Source: Paraspadella gotoi (taxonomy: Eukaryota > Animalia > Chaetognatha). Taken from it: 63,724 bases of DNA. Location: contig JBJCIZ010000239.1 of assembly GCA_051294375.1 (NCBI GenBank), positions 739,721 through 803,444 on the forward strand, given 5' to 3'. The notes beneath the pieces are model-generated. The model had not been told where the DNA came from, did no database searches, and saw only the letters and a list, made by a program, of their open reading frames with translations. A program made the position numbers and the translations under genes. Shown here piece by piece: positions 63,419-63,724 of the stretch (its first letter is position 1; each line of letters opens with the position of its first letter).

Positions 63419-63724
63419 CTGGTAAGTTTGGGAAAGGGCTAAGTGAGAAAAGGTAAGTATTATTAAGGAAAGTCGAGTTTAATGGAAGGTGAGGAAGGAA
63501 AAGGAAAGGAAAAGGAAAGAAGAGGTAAAGTTGGTAAGAATAATGGAAAGAAAAGGAAGAGAAAAAGGAAAGGAAGGGAAAGGAAAGGAAAGGAAAGGAA
63601 AGGAAAGGAAAGGAAAGCAAAAGGGAAAAAGAAATGAAACAAACTTACCTAACAATCAAAACAAACTAAACTATCAAAACTGACAAAACTGACAAAACTC
63701 AAATGAAACTAATCTTTTAACTCT

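Overview
Eukaryotic, animal-like genomic DNA: AT-rich spliceosomal introns, GC-rich exons, many (GA)n microsatellites and N-gaps. Many gaps are exactly 25 N and are flanked by indel-rich sequence, so parts look like raw long-read gap fill. The right half is a compact metabolic neighbourhood. PHGDH (+, 30561-38928) is followed about 300 bp later on the same strand by PSAT1 (+, 39226-52898), the next enzyme of phosphorylated serine synthesis. A multi-exon hexokinase-fold gene with several degenerate catalytic motifs lies antisense inside PSAT1 intron 2 (-, 48882 to ~39790). An SLC16/MCT transporter converges on PSAT1 (-, 63418-53684). Upstream are a divergent nucleoplasmin-like acidic protein (26342-28533) and an S/P/R-rich low-complexity protein (23289-25402). 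Repeats include DINE-1/Helentron-like non-autonomous elements, two tRNA-Trp-primed TRIM families with solo LTRs, a Penelope-type minimal hammerhead ribozyme and MITEs filled with TTAGGG-like repeats. A ~4 kb tandem duplication, a ~4 kb inverted duplication and an inverted PSAT1 exon are most likely assembly artefacts. All protein assignments come from manual translation and motifs recalled from known families; no database search was run.
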